A DNA stretch of 47,792 nt from a virus (Duplodnaviria; Caudoviricetes). The notes beneath the pieces are model-generated. The model made no database searches, was not told the DNA's origin, and was given only the letters and a program-made list of their open reading frames with translations. Below, piece by piece: positions 17,048-27,175 of this stretch. Numbering within the stretch: position 1 is the first letter of the stretch; each line of letters opens with the position of its first letter. A program made the translations under genes and the position numbers. The DNA lies in the IMG/VR virus record IMGVR_UViG_3300020045_002718, positions 1-47,792 of that record; one strand, 5' to 3'.

Positions 17048-17231
17048 GAAACGTACAGACTATCGTGCTCAGTATCCCTCACTTAAAAGGGTAGACAGTA
17101 AACTATACAAAGTAGATAAGCGCCGTAAGTCTATCCGTAAACGACTAGGCTTAGAGCCGTACCAACGGCGTGTACGTCTTGAAGCCATAGCGAAAGGAAT
17201 CAAAGGTGGAAGACCTAGAAAACAGGTGTAA
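16983..17231 (+). CDS. Highly basic small protein
   Basis: GGAGG RBS before MTKELTP; Lys/Arg-rich. Confidence 0.55.
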   Translation: MTKELTPKKIVEKLLQKTGLSKKRTDYRAQYPSLKRVDSKLYKVDKRRKSIRKRLGLEPYQRRVRLEAIAKGIKGGRPRKQV

Positions 17232-17604
17232 GTGTTACGATGATCCTAGTACTCTAAAACCCGGTACGGCTATTCCTTGTACTAAGGATACAGCTACCGG
17301 TAAACCTATCTGTGCTATCTGTAACAAGTATATAGACTTAGCATACTTAGGTAAGTTACACAATACAGCAACAGTCTTTGCAGATACTCTAGACGATGTA
17401 AACCACCTTAAAGTAATACTAGCTCTATTCAAGTTACTAGATCCTAGTATTGCCTGTCTTAAGGTATTTAATGACATACTCTGGAATGTAATTCAAACTA
17501 AGCAGGCTAGAGAGGACAATAAGAGGGAGTCTAAGGAAGATTATACAGTAGATGTAGATGAGTTCATCAAGAAAGTATACAGAGACAAACAAGACAGTAA
17601 GTAA
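17206..17604 (+). CDS. Hypothetical Cys-containing protein
   Basis: CKC...CAIC; start uncertain. Confidence 0.5.
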   Translation: MEDLENRCKCYDDPSTLKPGTAIPCTKDTATGKPICAICNKYIDLAYLGKLHNTATVFADTLDDVNHLKVILALFKLLDPSIACLKVFNDILWNVIQTKQAREDNKRESKEDYTVDVDEFIKKVYRDKQDSK

Positions 17605-17686
17605 TAGCCATACTAACACTAGCTAGTACTAGTTAGTATATACACTAGCTAGTCTATACTAGTACATACACAGGAGGGTAAGTAGA

Positions 17687-17899
17687 ATGGAAGCATATCT
17701 TAGAAGGCTTATGAATCGTAAGGATAATAAAGATGTAGTTATAGTACTACTTGGTGGTACTGAGGACAGCGGTTATATCCTCGGTAAGATTCTTAGTGTG
17801 GCTCCAGACTTAGTGATGGTTGAGGGATGTTACGACGATCACCCCGACCTATATAAGTACGCAATCCATCCAGAAAAGATACTATTTGTGTGTGAGTAA
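17687..17899 (+). CDS. Small beta-rich (Sm-like?) protein
   Basis: AGGAGG RBS; GKILSV..DLVMVE...YAIHPEKILFV pattern. Confidence 0.55.
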   Translation: MEAYLRRLMNRKDNKDVVIVLLGGTEDSGYILGKILSVAPDLVMVEGCYDDHPDLYKYAIHPEKILFVCE

Positions 17900-17909
17900 G
17901 AAAGGGGTG

Positions 17910-18035
17910 TCTGTTATATATAGTGTTATTTTTAATATTATTATATATATATACTACCATGACATGTGACACCCCGTGACATAAGGGGTTATTTGGGGTG
18001 CCATAAAGACCGAAGGGTGCCATGTCACCCCTTTG
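17910..18035. other. Candidate replication origin / protein-binding array at the convergence of the two arms
   Basis: ~45-nt AT-rich tract followed by repeated TGACA and GGGTGCCAT motifs, next to the helicase 3' end. Confidence 0.35.
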
Positions 18036-18046
18036 CATCTTGTAAG

Positions 18047-19066
18047 CTATTCATTACCGCCTGTAACCAATTTCCAGTGATTTTCTACCCCACCGTTTTT
18101 ATCTATAACTAATTGTCTCGATTTTATGAGTTCTCGTCTAATTCTATGCACCGTTGTGTCAGATAAACCAGTCTTTTCAACAACTTCATTAAAGGTTGTA
18201 AATCCTCCAGTTTCAGAACGCTCTTCCAAAAGTTTAAGAACAGCCTCGATAGCTTGAGCAGGTCGCCCTCTCTCAGCTACACGATTTGTTCTAGTCTCTG
18301 CGTCATAGGGAAGCCTAATGAACTTCTTTACATTACTACCCCGCATCTTCTTGTTATGTAACTCTACTCCAGAGGCTGTATTAGTATTAAACTTCTTTAG
18401 GATATAGGATGTATCTACATAGGCCTTAAGCCACTGACTGCCATAGTAAGGGTCGTCCTTAGTAATCTCATTACCCTCTCTATCTGTACTAGACTTACAA
18501 GTATGGTGAATTAACATCAATGCACAGTCAAACTCCTTACGCAGCATTTCACAGAATCTCAGTAATTTTGTGCATACATCACCTTCTTTAAGATCACCTG
18601 ATACAGCCATATAGATAGGATCTATTATTATAAGGTCAGGGTTCAGCTGTGTATCGTGTATACGTTTAATCATAGCACTAGTACTAGTGTCACTAGCACA
18701 GTTCAACATGGGGGGTATGTCCCAACATAAGTTACTATAGTCCATTTCAATGTTCTCATTCATAATCCGCATACGTTCAATGGTCTCGTAGTATGAGCCT
18801 TCCAATTGCATGTAGTATACCTTTTTAGGCACAGGCACATTTAGACAGCCAAAGACAGGTGCCCCCGTAGTAAGGGTCATTGCAACTTGTTGGGCAATAG
18901 CTGACTTGCCTATACCGGGATCGGCTGATATTAGTGTAATACTTTTCTCGTAGATAAATTCTTCAATTAGGGGGGTACGTACTATTACTAAATTCTCAAC
19001 ATCATCCTTTAAACTCTCACCAGTCTTAGGTACAAAATCAAACATACCAACCTCCATTACAGACAC
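18047..19066 (-). CDS. AAA_25 / RepA-like (SF4-related) helicase with C-terminal wHTH
   Basis: ADPGIGKS, YMQLE, IIIDP, LIHH; C-terminal TFNEVVEKTGLSDTTVHR. Confidence 0.85.
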   Translation of the reverse strand: MSVMEVGMFDFVPKTGESLKDDVENLVIVRTPLIEEFIYEKSITLISADPGIGKSAIAQQVAMTLTTGAPVFGCLNVPVPKKVYYMQLEGSYYETIERMRIMNENIEMDYSNLCWDIPPMLNCASDTSTSAMIKRIHDTQLNPDLIIIDPIYMAVSGDLKEGDVCTKLLRFCEMLRKEFDCALMLIHHTCKSSTDREGNEITKDDPYYGSQWLKAYVDTSYILKKFNTNTASGVELHNKKMRGSNVKKFIRLPYDAETRTNRVAERGRPAQAIEAVLKLLEERSETGGFTTFNEVVEKTGLSDTTVHRIRRELIKSRQLVIDKNGGVENHWKLVTGGNE

Positions 19067-19159
19067 TACGCCCGTAGTGAGAGAAAACCATTGACAAGGG
19101 AACGAGACAAGGACGTCTCTGGAAGTAACCCTTAGAGGTCTACGGGCGCGTGTCTATTT

Positions 19160-19189
19160 AGTGTACATAACTGAGTGTGTGTCCGTCAA
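19160..19189 (-). promoter_or_regulatory. Sigma70-type promoter for the helicase
   Basis: TTGACG-18 nt-TACACT on the - strand. Confidence 0.5.
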
Positions 19190-19235
19190 TAGTTTTCTTC
19201 TCTGATACAGATTTACGGCATGAATGAACAGAACT

Positions 19236-19502
19236 TTAGAGATTTTGTCCGTTAGGAATTACAATTCTTTTACTCTCTTCGATAACTGCTTTCTGAGTAA
19301 CGGCTTGGAGACAGGTTTTAAGTACCTGTGCTGCTTGTGCATGGGTCATTCCAGGGTAGACAATGTTGAAGGCTACCTTACCCCCCAGTTTATCTAAGTC
19401 CTTCTTACAAACTAACATACAGGGTGTAATGTCTGATTTGACGCATTGTTTAATAAACTTAGACCAATACTTAAACAGATCACGATGTCTGTCAAGTAAC
19501 AC
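19236..19502 (-). CDS. Hypothetical protein
   Basis: GAGG RBS directly after the large ORF. Confidence 0.55.
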   Translation of the reverse strand: MLLDRHRDLFKYWSKFIKQCVKSDITPCMLVCKKDLDKLGGKVAFNIVYPGMTHAQAAQVLKTCLQAVTQKAVIEESKRIVIPNGQNL

Positions 19503-19504
19503 TG

Positions 19505-22500
19505 TTACCTCCTCTGAGATTCTGAAATGATGTTCTTACCAAATTCCTGTCTTACTTCATCATCGGACTGTTTGACAAGTGCCTTAAGTAACCGTCTCTT
19601 AACGTCATCTGGGAGGACTCGATAAGCGGGTTTTAGGACTAAGTCATTGATGACAATGACCATACGTTTGTTGGATACAGAGTCTATAATGGATCGTTCA
19701 GATTGAGTTAACTGAACTGGGATACCTTGCTTACTACCAGCAACCTTAACAGTCATAGGTTCATCCTGCTCAGGGACAGTAACACCAAGACGTACCATTT
19801 CTCTGAGTGCTGGGATGTCTTTGTACTTGGTGATACGTTGAGGAAGCCACCGAGGCCCTTCAGTCACTTGCACTTGATTACCAGCCGCATCAATTCTAGG
19901 AGCCACTGTTTGTGACATAAGAGGTGTGCGTGCCTTGAAGGTTTCCATGAAGCCTTCTGGCTTACGAATGATGTTATCGAAGAATAGGCGGTTAACGTAC
20001 TGTACAGGCGGAGGAGTTACTATTCGTGTAGCCATCATATTGGGGAAGAAGTCTTTATTCTTACCGCTGGAGAAATCAATCAATTCTTTAAACTGCCTGA
20101 AGAATGTAGAAGATAGCCCAAACTGAAGTGAGTTGGTTAAAATGGTCTGGTAGTCTTCCCATGAAGCCTTTACACCCGGTGCAGTTAATTGAGTATATGT
20201 TTCCACGATAGTTGCTGGAAGGGCAACATTCATTGAGAGAGGTTCCAGTCCCATCATACTAACACTATAGTCTCCCAGGCGTACTGCATTAGGTTGCCAA
20301 CCCAGAGCTTGCATTAACTTATTGTAACTGGGCTTAGTGGAACCTGCCCCTGTAATGATACCCCGGTAGGCTAACACACCTGCAGTGAGTGACACTAACG
20401 AACCCATTATGACTTTACCGATGGCTTCTGACTGAGACCGTTCGATGTCACCAGGGAGTAGTCCCGCAGCTCGCTCAAATGCCGGAGCTTTACTCATAAT
20501 TCTCTCAAATGACTTACTGCCCGGTGTGAGTGCTAACGGAGATCTTTGACCACTGTATTTAAGTAAGTTAACGGGACCTCTGAAGAAGGGTAACTCCCAA
20601 CGTACAAGCGGGCCGAAGCCTTTGACAAATCGTGCTCGATTGAGTAACTTACCTAATTCACCTAATGATGACTGAAATGTGTGCTCTAGAGTCTTAGCAG
20701 TAGCCTCTTCAACCATTGCTTTAGTTGGCTCTTGTGTTAGGGCATATACACGATCCACAAAGCCCTGTCCTTCAAGACCCTCTCGTATTGCCATACGGTA
20801 AGCCTGACCACTAACTGACATCCTGAAGTGAAGAACTTTAAACAGTGCGTCAGTAGCCTGCAATGGGGATGTCATAAGGTTAGTCCAAAAGTCGGGGGAT
20901 TGAAGCCTACTACCCGGTTTAAACACACCCTTAACATCTGCAAGTGGGGTTACATACCTCTTCAAGTTACTGATACCATACATATCAGATATCTGACCTA
21001 ACTCTACAATCTCCCCTTTGTAAGCCTTTTGTAGGATTGTAACAAAAGTGGAGAAAGCTTCGGGGATAGCATCAAGGAGAGCAAAGTTCTCAGCAGCAAG
21101 TTCACGAAAGTAGACTGTTCTGGGAGTATTAGTAATAGTTGCCCTAATCCAGTCAGCAGTTACAACAGCAGGCCCCTCTCCCATACGCCACGCAAGTGCT
21201 AGTGAGTTACCTGTGGTATTACGTATCCATGTGTGTCCTGATAGAAGTAGGGTAGCAGCAGAGAAATCTACGGCCTTCTCCCACCAAGGTTTATGTGTTA
21301 GTTCTCCGGCTATTTTAAGTGCGCCATCAATGTTGTTAGCTTCAACCGCAGCCTTGAATTCGTGCATGGTCTTTATGAAGTTCTCTGTATTGATACTATC
21401 CAGAAGTGCCTGTGCTTGAGGCAGTGTCCGGGTACGCATGGCATTAGCCATCTGCATAGTGCGAAGTGCGCGGCCTGCTTCAGCACTTACAGCACGTGTA
21501 CTAGTAGCCATATCTACAAAGGTAGTTAATGCAGTAACCATATTAGCCTTAGCAATATCACTAGTAGGATTAGTAATAGCTATATTGATATAGTCCATTA
21601 CAGTATCTATACCCTCTTCCATGAGATTAACAGCCTCACGAATCTTCTCAGCGGGGAAGGCTGTACCCACCTTGAGAGTAGCTAATTGACTCTGAGTTAA
21701 TGTACCCTTCTTAGCCAGTGCCTCAATCTCCTTTAGACTCATCCGTCCACGAGTCTTACCGGATAAGTCGAATGTTACATTAGCCTCTGTAATAGCCCTA
21801 CGTCTATCTTCCCTGAACATCTGTTCGTTGAGGTCACCTTTGTTGGGGAACTGACGGGGACGAACACCTTCAGGGGATGTGATTGGTGCTGTAGATAACC
21901 CTCCTTCAAGGCCACCACCAATACGTACAGCACCAGACTCACCTGTACGCCTAGCCTCAATGCGAGCGATAGCTTTAATACGTAACTGCATCTGACGTTG
22001 CAGCTCTTTTAACTGGGATTGCAATTCAGGTAGTCTTGGATCTGCTGGATTGAGTGACTTGATTTCTTGAATCTGGAATACGAGACTCATAGCGGGTTTG
22101 GCGCCTATTTCATGAGCTTCATCCCGTAGTTGCTTAATCTGGGTTAACTCTTCCTTAGTTAGTTCACGGGGAGGACGGATAGTGCGAGGACCGGATTCGG
22201 GTGGGGCTGTAGGTGTAGCCGGAGTCTCTGTAGGTACAGTCCGTCTAGGATCATTGATCCCACGTACGTCTTTAGAATCAAATGTACTAATCTTACCACT
22301 GTCTAGTCCTACAGTTACCTGCTTCTTGCCACCTATATTCTGCTGAGCAGTAACAATACCCTCTTCAGTGTGTCCATCGGGGTGTCGAACCAAAACCCGC
22401 TCATTATTGGAAATTGCGTTTTTTGCCAGCCGAATCGGTGGTGCGACGCGGTCAACACGCCGAATGCCGAACCCGTCCAGTTTATTCGCCGGAACGTACG

Positions 22501-24133
22501 CCTCTTCTACGGCGCCACGTCTCACAAAGCGCAGGTTCAGTTCACCCGGAAAGTATTCGCCCCAGCCTCCTTTGGGCGGCAGTGGCAGGGTGCCTAACTT
22601 GGCATGGACTTCACCATCTATAGTCTTATAACGTACACCCTTACCACGGTCTATAAAGTCACGTATGGATTGTAGAGAGCCTTTACGGGCAGGCATATCT
22701 GGATGAGAGGCTTCAGCTACACGAATGATGATACCAGCACCTTTGTTAGCTAGACGGACGTAGTCATCTGATGTGGTCTGACCTGTCTTGAACTTACCGG
22801 GTTTGGGTGGGGGTGTCTTGATAGGCTGAGGCTTTGCTTTAGCGATTGTACCCTCAAATTCCACAGGGACTTCTTTAAATCCAAGTTCCCTAAATGCTTG
22901 CAAACGATGATTGCCGTCTCTTAGTATAAGATTGTTACCCTCTTTAACGACCTTTAATGGTGGGATAGACTTACCTGCCTTAATCTTAGCTTTCCAGTAA
23001 TCGACTCTAGGCTTGTCGTGCACAAAGTTACGGGGAAAAATAGTACTGGTTTCATTCATAGCAACACCCGGCTTACTAGCAAACTTTGATACCGGTACTT
23101 GTTGAGGCTCCTTTACTCTCGGTAACTGAATACTCGCAGGAGCCACATCAGCCGGAAGACCTGCCTGAGCCGGAGCACCTACTGTCCTAGCAACCGGACC
23201 CTGCTCTGCTCTTGCCATCCATTGAGATAGTTCTGTTGCTAACCGTTTAGCCTCCGCACCAACTTCTGATCTAGCAAGTTGCTTAAGGCGTATCTGGGCA
23301 TATCTACTTAGTGCATTGTACTTAAATAACCTCTTAATAGGATTCTTCTCTGCAGTCATTATTTCTTCAGAAGTTGTGGGAAAGCCTGCCTTAGCATTGT
23401 CTCGTATGAACTTAACCACACTTTTGAGTGCAGCAATTTCTTGTTGACGAAGTAGCTTAAGACCAGCCTTTCCAATTGCTCTTGCGCCCCCCATTACAGC
23501 GGGAAACATAGCAGCATCTTTTATAGCGTTAAGACTCATAGCCTTAACAATATCTTCTAGCTGTCCTTCTGGAATGGTGTCAGAAACGCCGTAAATGGCC
23601 CCAGAAGCAGCTTCTTTCATGTAGGGAGCCATCCGTGCCAGTAATGTGCCTGTGGCTACCTCAGGGGCTGCAGCACTCACTAGTGTTGATATGGCTGCAA
23701 TTCGTCCTAGTTGACCCAGCATAACACCAGCATCTCTATCTAGCTTATCTGATGGATTAGTTACAGGTCCCGATAACTTACGGCCTGTACCAAATGGGAG
23801 CACTCCCTCAACAAATCCTTTACTGAGTTCTGCATATGAGTTAGGTCGTCCAGAAATAGGTCCAGCTACCGGCAATCCCGGCATCTGATTAGATATAGTA
23901 GAAAGCCGGTCAGCAAGTGGCTTAATGTTAATGGCGGGAGATGGTGTAATTGGTTCGGGGACTGCAACTGTAGATGTGCCCCCACCTTGAGAGAATGACG
24001 CTAACAAGTCATCGAATCTAGCAGGTTTCTTAGGCTGTGCTGTAGGTAGAGGTGTAGTACGTCTAGTCTTAGGAGGTTCTTCAGTCACTCCAGGTACTGC
24101 GTATCCTCGAAGCAACTCATCAAATGTTGCCAC
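19505..24133 (-). CDS. Large internal virion/ejection (polyvalent) protein with embedded ParB/Srx-like domain
   Basis: 1542 aa; last of three ejection-type genes; IPPLKV...LILRDGNHRLQAF; helical C-terminal region with TM-like segments. Confidence 0.7.
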   Translation of the reverse strand: MATFDELLRGYAVPGVTEEPPKTRRTTPLPTAQPKKPARFDDLLASFSQGGGTSTVAVPEPITPSPAINIKPLADRLSTISNQMPGLPVAGPISGRPNSYAELSKGFVEGVLPFGTGRKLSGPVTNPSDKLDRDAGVMLGQLGRIAAISTLVSAAAPEVATGTLLARMAPYMKEAASGAIYGVSDTIPEGQLEDIVKAMSLNAIKDAAMFPAVMGGARAIGKAGLKLLRQQEIAALKSVVKFIRDNAKAGFPTTSEEIMTAEKNPIKRLFKYNALSRYAQIRLKQLARSEVGAEAKRLATELSQWMARAEQGPVARTVGAPAQAGLPADVAPASIQLPRVKEPQQVPVSKFASKPGVAMNETSTIFPRNFVHDKPRVDYWKAKIKAGKSIPPLKVVKEGNNLILRDGNHRLQAFRELGFKEVPVEFEGTIAKAKPQPIKTPPPKPGKFKTGQTTSDDYVRLANKGAGIIIRVAEASHPDMPARKGSLQSIRDFIDRGKGVRYKTIDGEVHAKLGTLPLPPKGGWGEYFPGELNLRFVRRGAVEEAYVPANKLDGFGIRRVDRVAPPIRLAKNAISNNERVLVRHPDGHTEEGIVTAQQNIGGKKQVTVGLDSGKISTFDSKDVRGINDPRRTVPTETPATPTAPPESGPRTIRPPRELTKEELTQIKQLRDEAHEIGAKPAMSLVFQIQEIKSLNPADPRLPELQSQLKELQRQMQLRIKAIARIEARRTGESGAVRIGGGLEGGLSTAPITSPEGVRPRQFPNKGDLNEQMFREDRRRAITEANVTFDLSGKTRGRMSLKEIEALAKKGTLTQSQLATLKVGTAFPAEKIREAVNLMEEGIDTVMDYINIAITNPTSDIAKANMVTALTTFVDMATSTRAVSAEAGRALRTMQMANAMRTRTLPQAQALLDSINTENFIKTMHEFKAAVEANNIDGALKIAGELTHKPWWEKAVDFSAATLLLSGHTWIRNTTGNSLALAWRMGEGPAVVTADWIRATITNTPRTVYFRELAAENFALLDAIPEAFSTFVTILQKAYKGEIVELGQISDMYGISNLKRYVTPLADVKGVFKPGSRLQSPDFWTNLMTSPLQATDALFKVLHFRMSVSGQAYRMAIREGLEGQGFVDRVYALTQEPTKAMVEEATAKTLEHTFQSSLGELGKLLNRARFVKGFGPLVRWELPFFRGPVNLLKYSGQRSPLALTPGSKSFERIMSKAPAFERAAGLLPGDIERSQSEAIGKVIMGSLVSLTAGVLAYRGIITGAGSTKPSYNKLMQALGWQPNAVRLGDYSVSMMGLEPLSMNVALPATIVETYTQLTAPGVKASWEDYQTILTNSLQFGLSSTFFRQFKELIDFSSGKNKDFFPNMMATRIVTPPPVQYVNRLFFDNIIRKPEGFMETFKARTPLMSQTVAPRIDAAGNQVQVTEGPRWLPQRITKYKDIPALREMVRLGVTVPEQDEPMTVKVAGSKQGIPVQLTQSERSIIDSVSNKRMVIVINDLVLKPAYRVLPDDVKRRLLKALVKQSDDEVRQEFGKNIISESQRR

Positions 24134-24137
24134 AAAT

Positions 24138-24944
24138 CTAACCTCGTTTTATTGTACGAATGAGTGCCCGGAGTCTAGCCTTAGTACCATTAGGTATATC
24201 TTCAGACTGATCTATAATATTAAACATATCCTCTTGACTAATATTAGGATTACGTTGTAGGAGAGTAGTCAATTTTAGAGCCTTGTCCTTGTAGATGTCC
24301 TCTGTATTCTGGGGAGGTAGCTCTTCAGCAGATTCTGTGTCAAATCCTACGGAAGTGTCCTGCCTGCCTACAATGTTCTGCGCAGACGGTAATGCTGGAG
24401 CTTGGTCTGGTACTACAGCTTCCCCATTACGGGATGCAGCTATCTGAGATGCTAAGTCCTTGATGGATGTACCAAGCAACTCACCGGATGGTGTATGTAA
24501 TCTAGCACCAGAGATCTTACCATTTCTACCTATAGTAATAGATGCCGGATATATCTGATCACCTATCTGTAAGCCTACTTGTCCGTTGGGTCCCTTACGG
24601 ATAGCACTCTGAGGAAAGGCATCTTGCATTTGTTGCGGGGTCCCAGCATTTCTGGGAATGTACGTACCAGTTCTGGGATTCTGCCGTCCCGGCTGTTGCT
24701 GCCCCGTAAACGGGTTAAAGTTAGCATTCTTAAACTCAAATGGATTCTCGCCACCGTAATCCTTCATCATACTCAACTTAGTCTTGACTTGGTCCATCTG
24801 AAGCTTCTGAAGGTCATGCTGAGTCTTACGGAGAATCTCCTGCTTCTTGTAGTCAGTTTCACGCAGCTTAACTGAAGTCTCTATCCCTTGCTGAAACCTA
24901 TCAAAGAAGTCCCTACGTTGGTCTCGCCTAGTTTTAGTAGCCAT
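24138..24944 (-). CDS. Putative ejection protein
   Basis: Gln-rich, low complexity, syntenic position. Confidence 0.55.
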   Translation of the reverse strand: MATKTRRDQRRDFFDRFQQGIETSVKLRETDYKKQEILRKTQHDLQKLQMDQVKTKLSMMKDYGGENPFEFKNANFNPFTGQQQPGRQNPRTGTYIPRNAGTPQQMQDAFPQSAIRKGPNGQVGLQIGDQIYPASITIGRNGKISGARLHTPSGELLGTSIKDLASQIAASRNGEAVVPDQAPALPSAQNIVGRQDTSVGFDTESAEELPPQNTEDIYKDKALKLTTLLQRNPNISQEDMFNIIDQSEDIPNGTKARLRALIRTIKRG

Positions 24945-25834
24945 TATCCACCTCCTCCACCAAAGGCAGCAAATAGCTTAGCTAACGTAACCCATGTATT
25001 AGGATCCTTCAGCATTCCACTAAAGTCAGTACCACCACTACCCGGTAAGAATTGACTCTGTAAACCTTGAGCACTTTGTCTACCACTTACGAAGTCCTCT
25101 AAGTCTGATGGGTTGGCACCTCTTGTTGTGTTCCCACTGAATTGGTCAAATAAAGCACCCAATTGGTCTAGACCAAATCCAGTACCAAAACCTAGTCCCC
25201 CACCACCCCCATCAATGCCTGAAAGACGGGCAGTGTTATTCCTATCTAGATTACTAAATAGATTAGCTCCCATACTAAATCTCTCATTCTGCCTACCTAA
25301 CAGCTGATCTAGAATACTAGCCGATGTCTTCTCAAGACCAAAGGCTTGATCGAGTGCGTTAGTGCGAAGCTGCTCAGCAAGTGTTCCGCCTTGAAATCCC
25401 AAGTTCGCTAAGAAGTCCTGTTCATTTAGATTCTGCCTCTCAGACAATCTACTCTGTGCTTGCGGTAGGTCGGGCGTGAAGAAGGCCCCCATCCTCTGAA
25501 ATAAGTCCTGCTGACTAGTCTGATCCCTGCCAAGTTGCTCTCTACCAAGACGAAACTGTGCGTTGACAAAAGGGTTCAACACATCTGGACGAAAGAATTG
25601 CGGTATCCAATTAGGATCAAGACGTTCCTGTAAAGTGGAGCGGCTAGCCTGCCCCAATGGACTAGTTGGCGAGTCATTAAATCCCATCAGAAACTTTACA
25701 ATGTCTTGTTCCTGACCCCCACTAAGTAAGTCCCGATAGAATTGGTCGAAGAAGCTGGGTCCACCCCCTCCCCCATCATCATCACCCGATCCATTAAATA
25801 AAGATAACCAACCACCATCTGTCCAGTAGGACAT
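24944..25834 (-). CDS. Putative ejection/pilot protein
   Basis: Gly/Gln-rich, syntenic position. Confidence 0.55.
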   Translation of the reverse strand: MSYWTDGGWLSLFNGSGDDDGGGGGPSFFDQFYRDLLSGGQEQDIVKFLMGFNDSPTSPLGQASRSTLQERLDPNWIPQFFRPDVLNPFVNAQFRLGREQLGRDQTSQQDLFQRMGAFFTPDLPQAQSRLSERQNLNEQDFLANLGFQGGTLAEQLRTNALDQAFGLEKTSASILDQLLGRQNERFSMGANLFSNLDRNNTARLSGIDGGGGGLGFGTGFGLDQLGALFDQFSGNTTRGANPSDLEDFVSGRQSAQGLQSQFLPGSGGTDFSGMLKDPNTWVTLAKLFAAFGGGGG

Positions 25835-25842
25835 AACTCCCC

Positions 25843-26019
25843 CTATCCTATATCAGTCTCTAACTTAGCTTTCTCAGCTAGTAGGGCTGCCTTTTTAGTA
25901 TTGAGTGCATCTATCTGTGCCTGAAAGTTACCGATGGATCTGTCAATGCCAGCGATCTCAGAGTCAATGATCTGTGCTCGCTTACTTATGACTGCCTTAG
26001 ACTCGTTTGAGATTGGCAT
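25843..26019 (-). CDS. Small coiled-coil protein (58 aa, not in track)
   Basis: MPISNESKAVISKRAQIIDSEIAGID...AKLETDIG*; fills the gap. Confidence 0.6.
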   Translation of the reverse strand: MPISNESKAVISKRAQIIDSEIAGIDRSIGNFQAQIDALNTKKAALLAEKAKLETDIG

Positions 26020-26022
26020 GGG

Positions 26023-26937
26023 CTATCCCAAACACAAAAATATCAAAGATACCGTGCCTGTTGGACTCCCAACTTTAGTCCATGTCAATGTAAACCCATC
26101 AGCATCCGCTGTTTTTAATATAGCATTTTGGTTTGTGCCTGCTCCTTGAGTGGCGTGAATTAAAAGCGCCGTCTCAACCTGCCAATTTGTGCCATCCTGT
26201 CCTATCGCAGTGCCAGTAGCGTGAGAGGTTTCCCAAAGTCCAAGCGATGCTCTAACTTGATTGTCTTGCGCTACCCATGCCACGATAACTTTTGGGGTAA
26301 ATCCAACTCCTGTATATGCAACATCCCCAGACGCTGCTGTAAAATCACGTGTCGATGTAATCAGTTTTGCTTGAGAAAATGAAAATGCCCACAAAGAATT
26401 CGCGCCAGCTCCAGCAGACTTAGCAAATTGTCCTGCAGTTCCCTCACTAGTCATTACGGGGATATACCCCGGTGTAGTACTAGCATCTGCCTGAAAGTTG
26501 TAAGTAACATCAGCAGTTACATTCTTTACAGCTAATGTAGTCTCAAAGGCATCTGCAGTAGAGCCTTCAAACACAAGTGGGCTAGCTCCTAACAGCACAG
26601 CAGAAGAGGCATCCACAGTAGCACCAGATACAAATGACGTAACACTAGCAGCACCAAAGCTGACAGTACTATTGAATGTAACGGCTCCGCTAAATACCTT
26701 CGCTCCACTCACAGTCTGTGAGTTAGTAAGACCTACAGGTCCCCCACCTGCATTGACTACAGTAGTAATATCCGTCTTCATCTGTTCTAACTGTGCAGCA
26801 GTCAATACTGACCCATCAGAGAATGTATATGACCAAGTTATGGTATCTGCATATACAGTACTAGTACTAGCTAGTACTAGTACTAACAGTGTAAGTATGT
26901 ATATACTAGATAGTACCTTACGTAATAGTGGCATCAT
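26023..26937 (-). CDS. Tail-fibre-like protein with N-terminal signal-peptide-like leader
   Basis: FSDGSVLTAAQL attachment-like motif, QTVSGAKVFS fibre motif, GVGFTPK tip-like motif; leader ends STVYA. Confidence 0.7.
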   Translation of the reverse strand: MMPLLRKVLSSIYILTLLVLVLASTSTVYADTITWSYTFSDGSVLTAAQLEQMKTDITTVVNAGGGPVGLTNSQTVSGAKVFSGAVTFNSTVSFGAASVTSFVSGATVDASSAVLLGASPLVFEGSTADAFETTLAVKNVTADVTYNFQADASTTPGYIPVMTSEGTAGQFAKSAGAGANSLWAFSFSQAKLITSTRDFTAASGDVAYTGVGFTPKVIVAWVAQDNQVRASLGLWETSHATGTAIGQDGTNWQVETALLIHATQGAGTNQNAILKTADADGFTLTWTKVGSPTGTVSLIFLCLG

Positions 26938-27175
26938 GTCTAAACCTCGCTATAGCGGTTGAACTTACCTTTGCAAATAACTCGTTGACCCCCGCAGGAC
27001 CAGTACCTGCACCAATAGCAAACTCACCCTCAAGCATCTGTGTTAGAGTAGGAGCTGTTGTGAATATCTTCGGCGCATAGAAACCTTTGTTTAGCAGGTC
27101 TGACACCTTATCTAGCCAGAGTTGTAACTCTGCGGGCATAGCACTAGGCAATACAGGTGGATCTATTTTCATCAA
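26918..27175 (-). CDS. Small tail protein
   Basis: Between the nozzle and fibre genes. Confidence 0.55.
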   Translation of the reverse strand: MMKIDPPVLPSAMPAELQLWLDKVSDLLNKGFYAPKIFTTAPTLTQMLEGEFAIGAGTGPAGVNELFAKVSSTAIARFRHDATIT

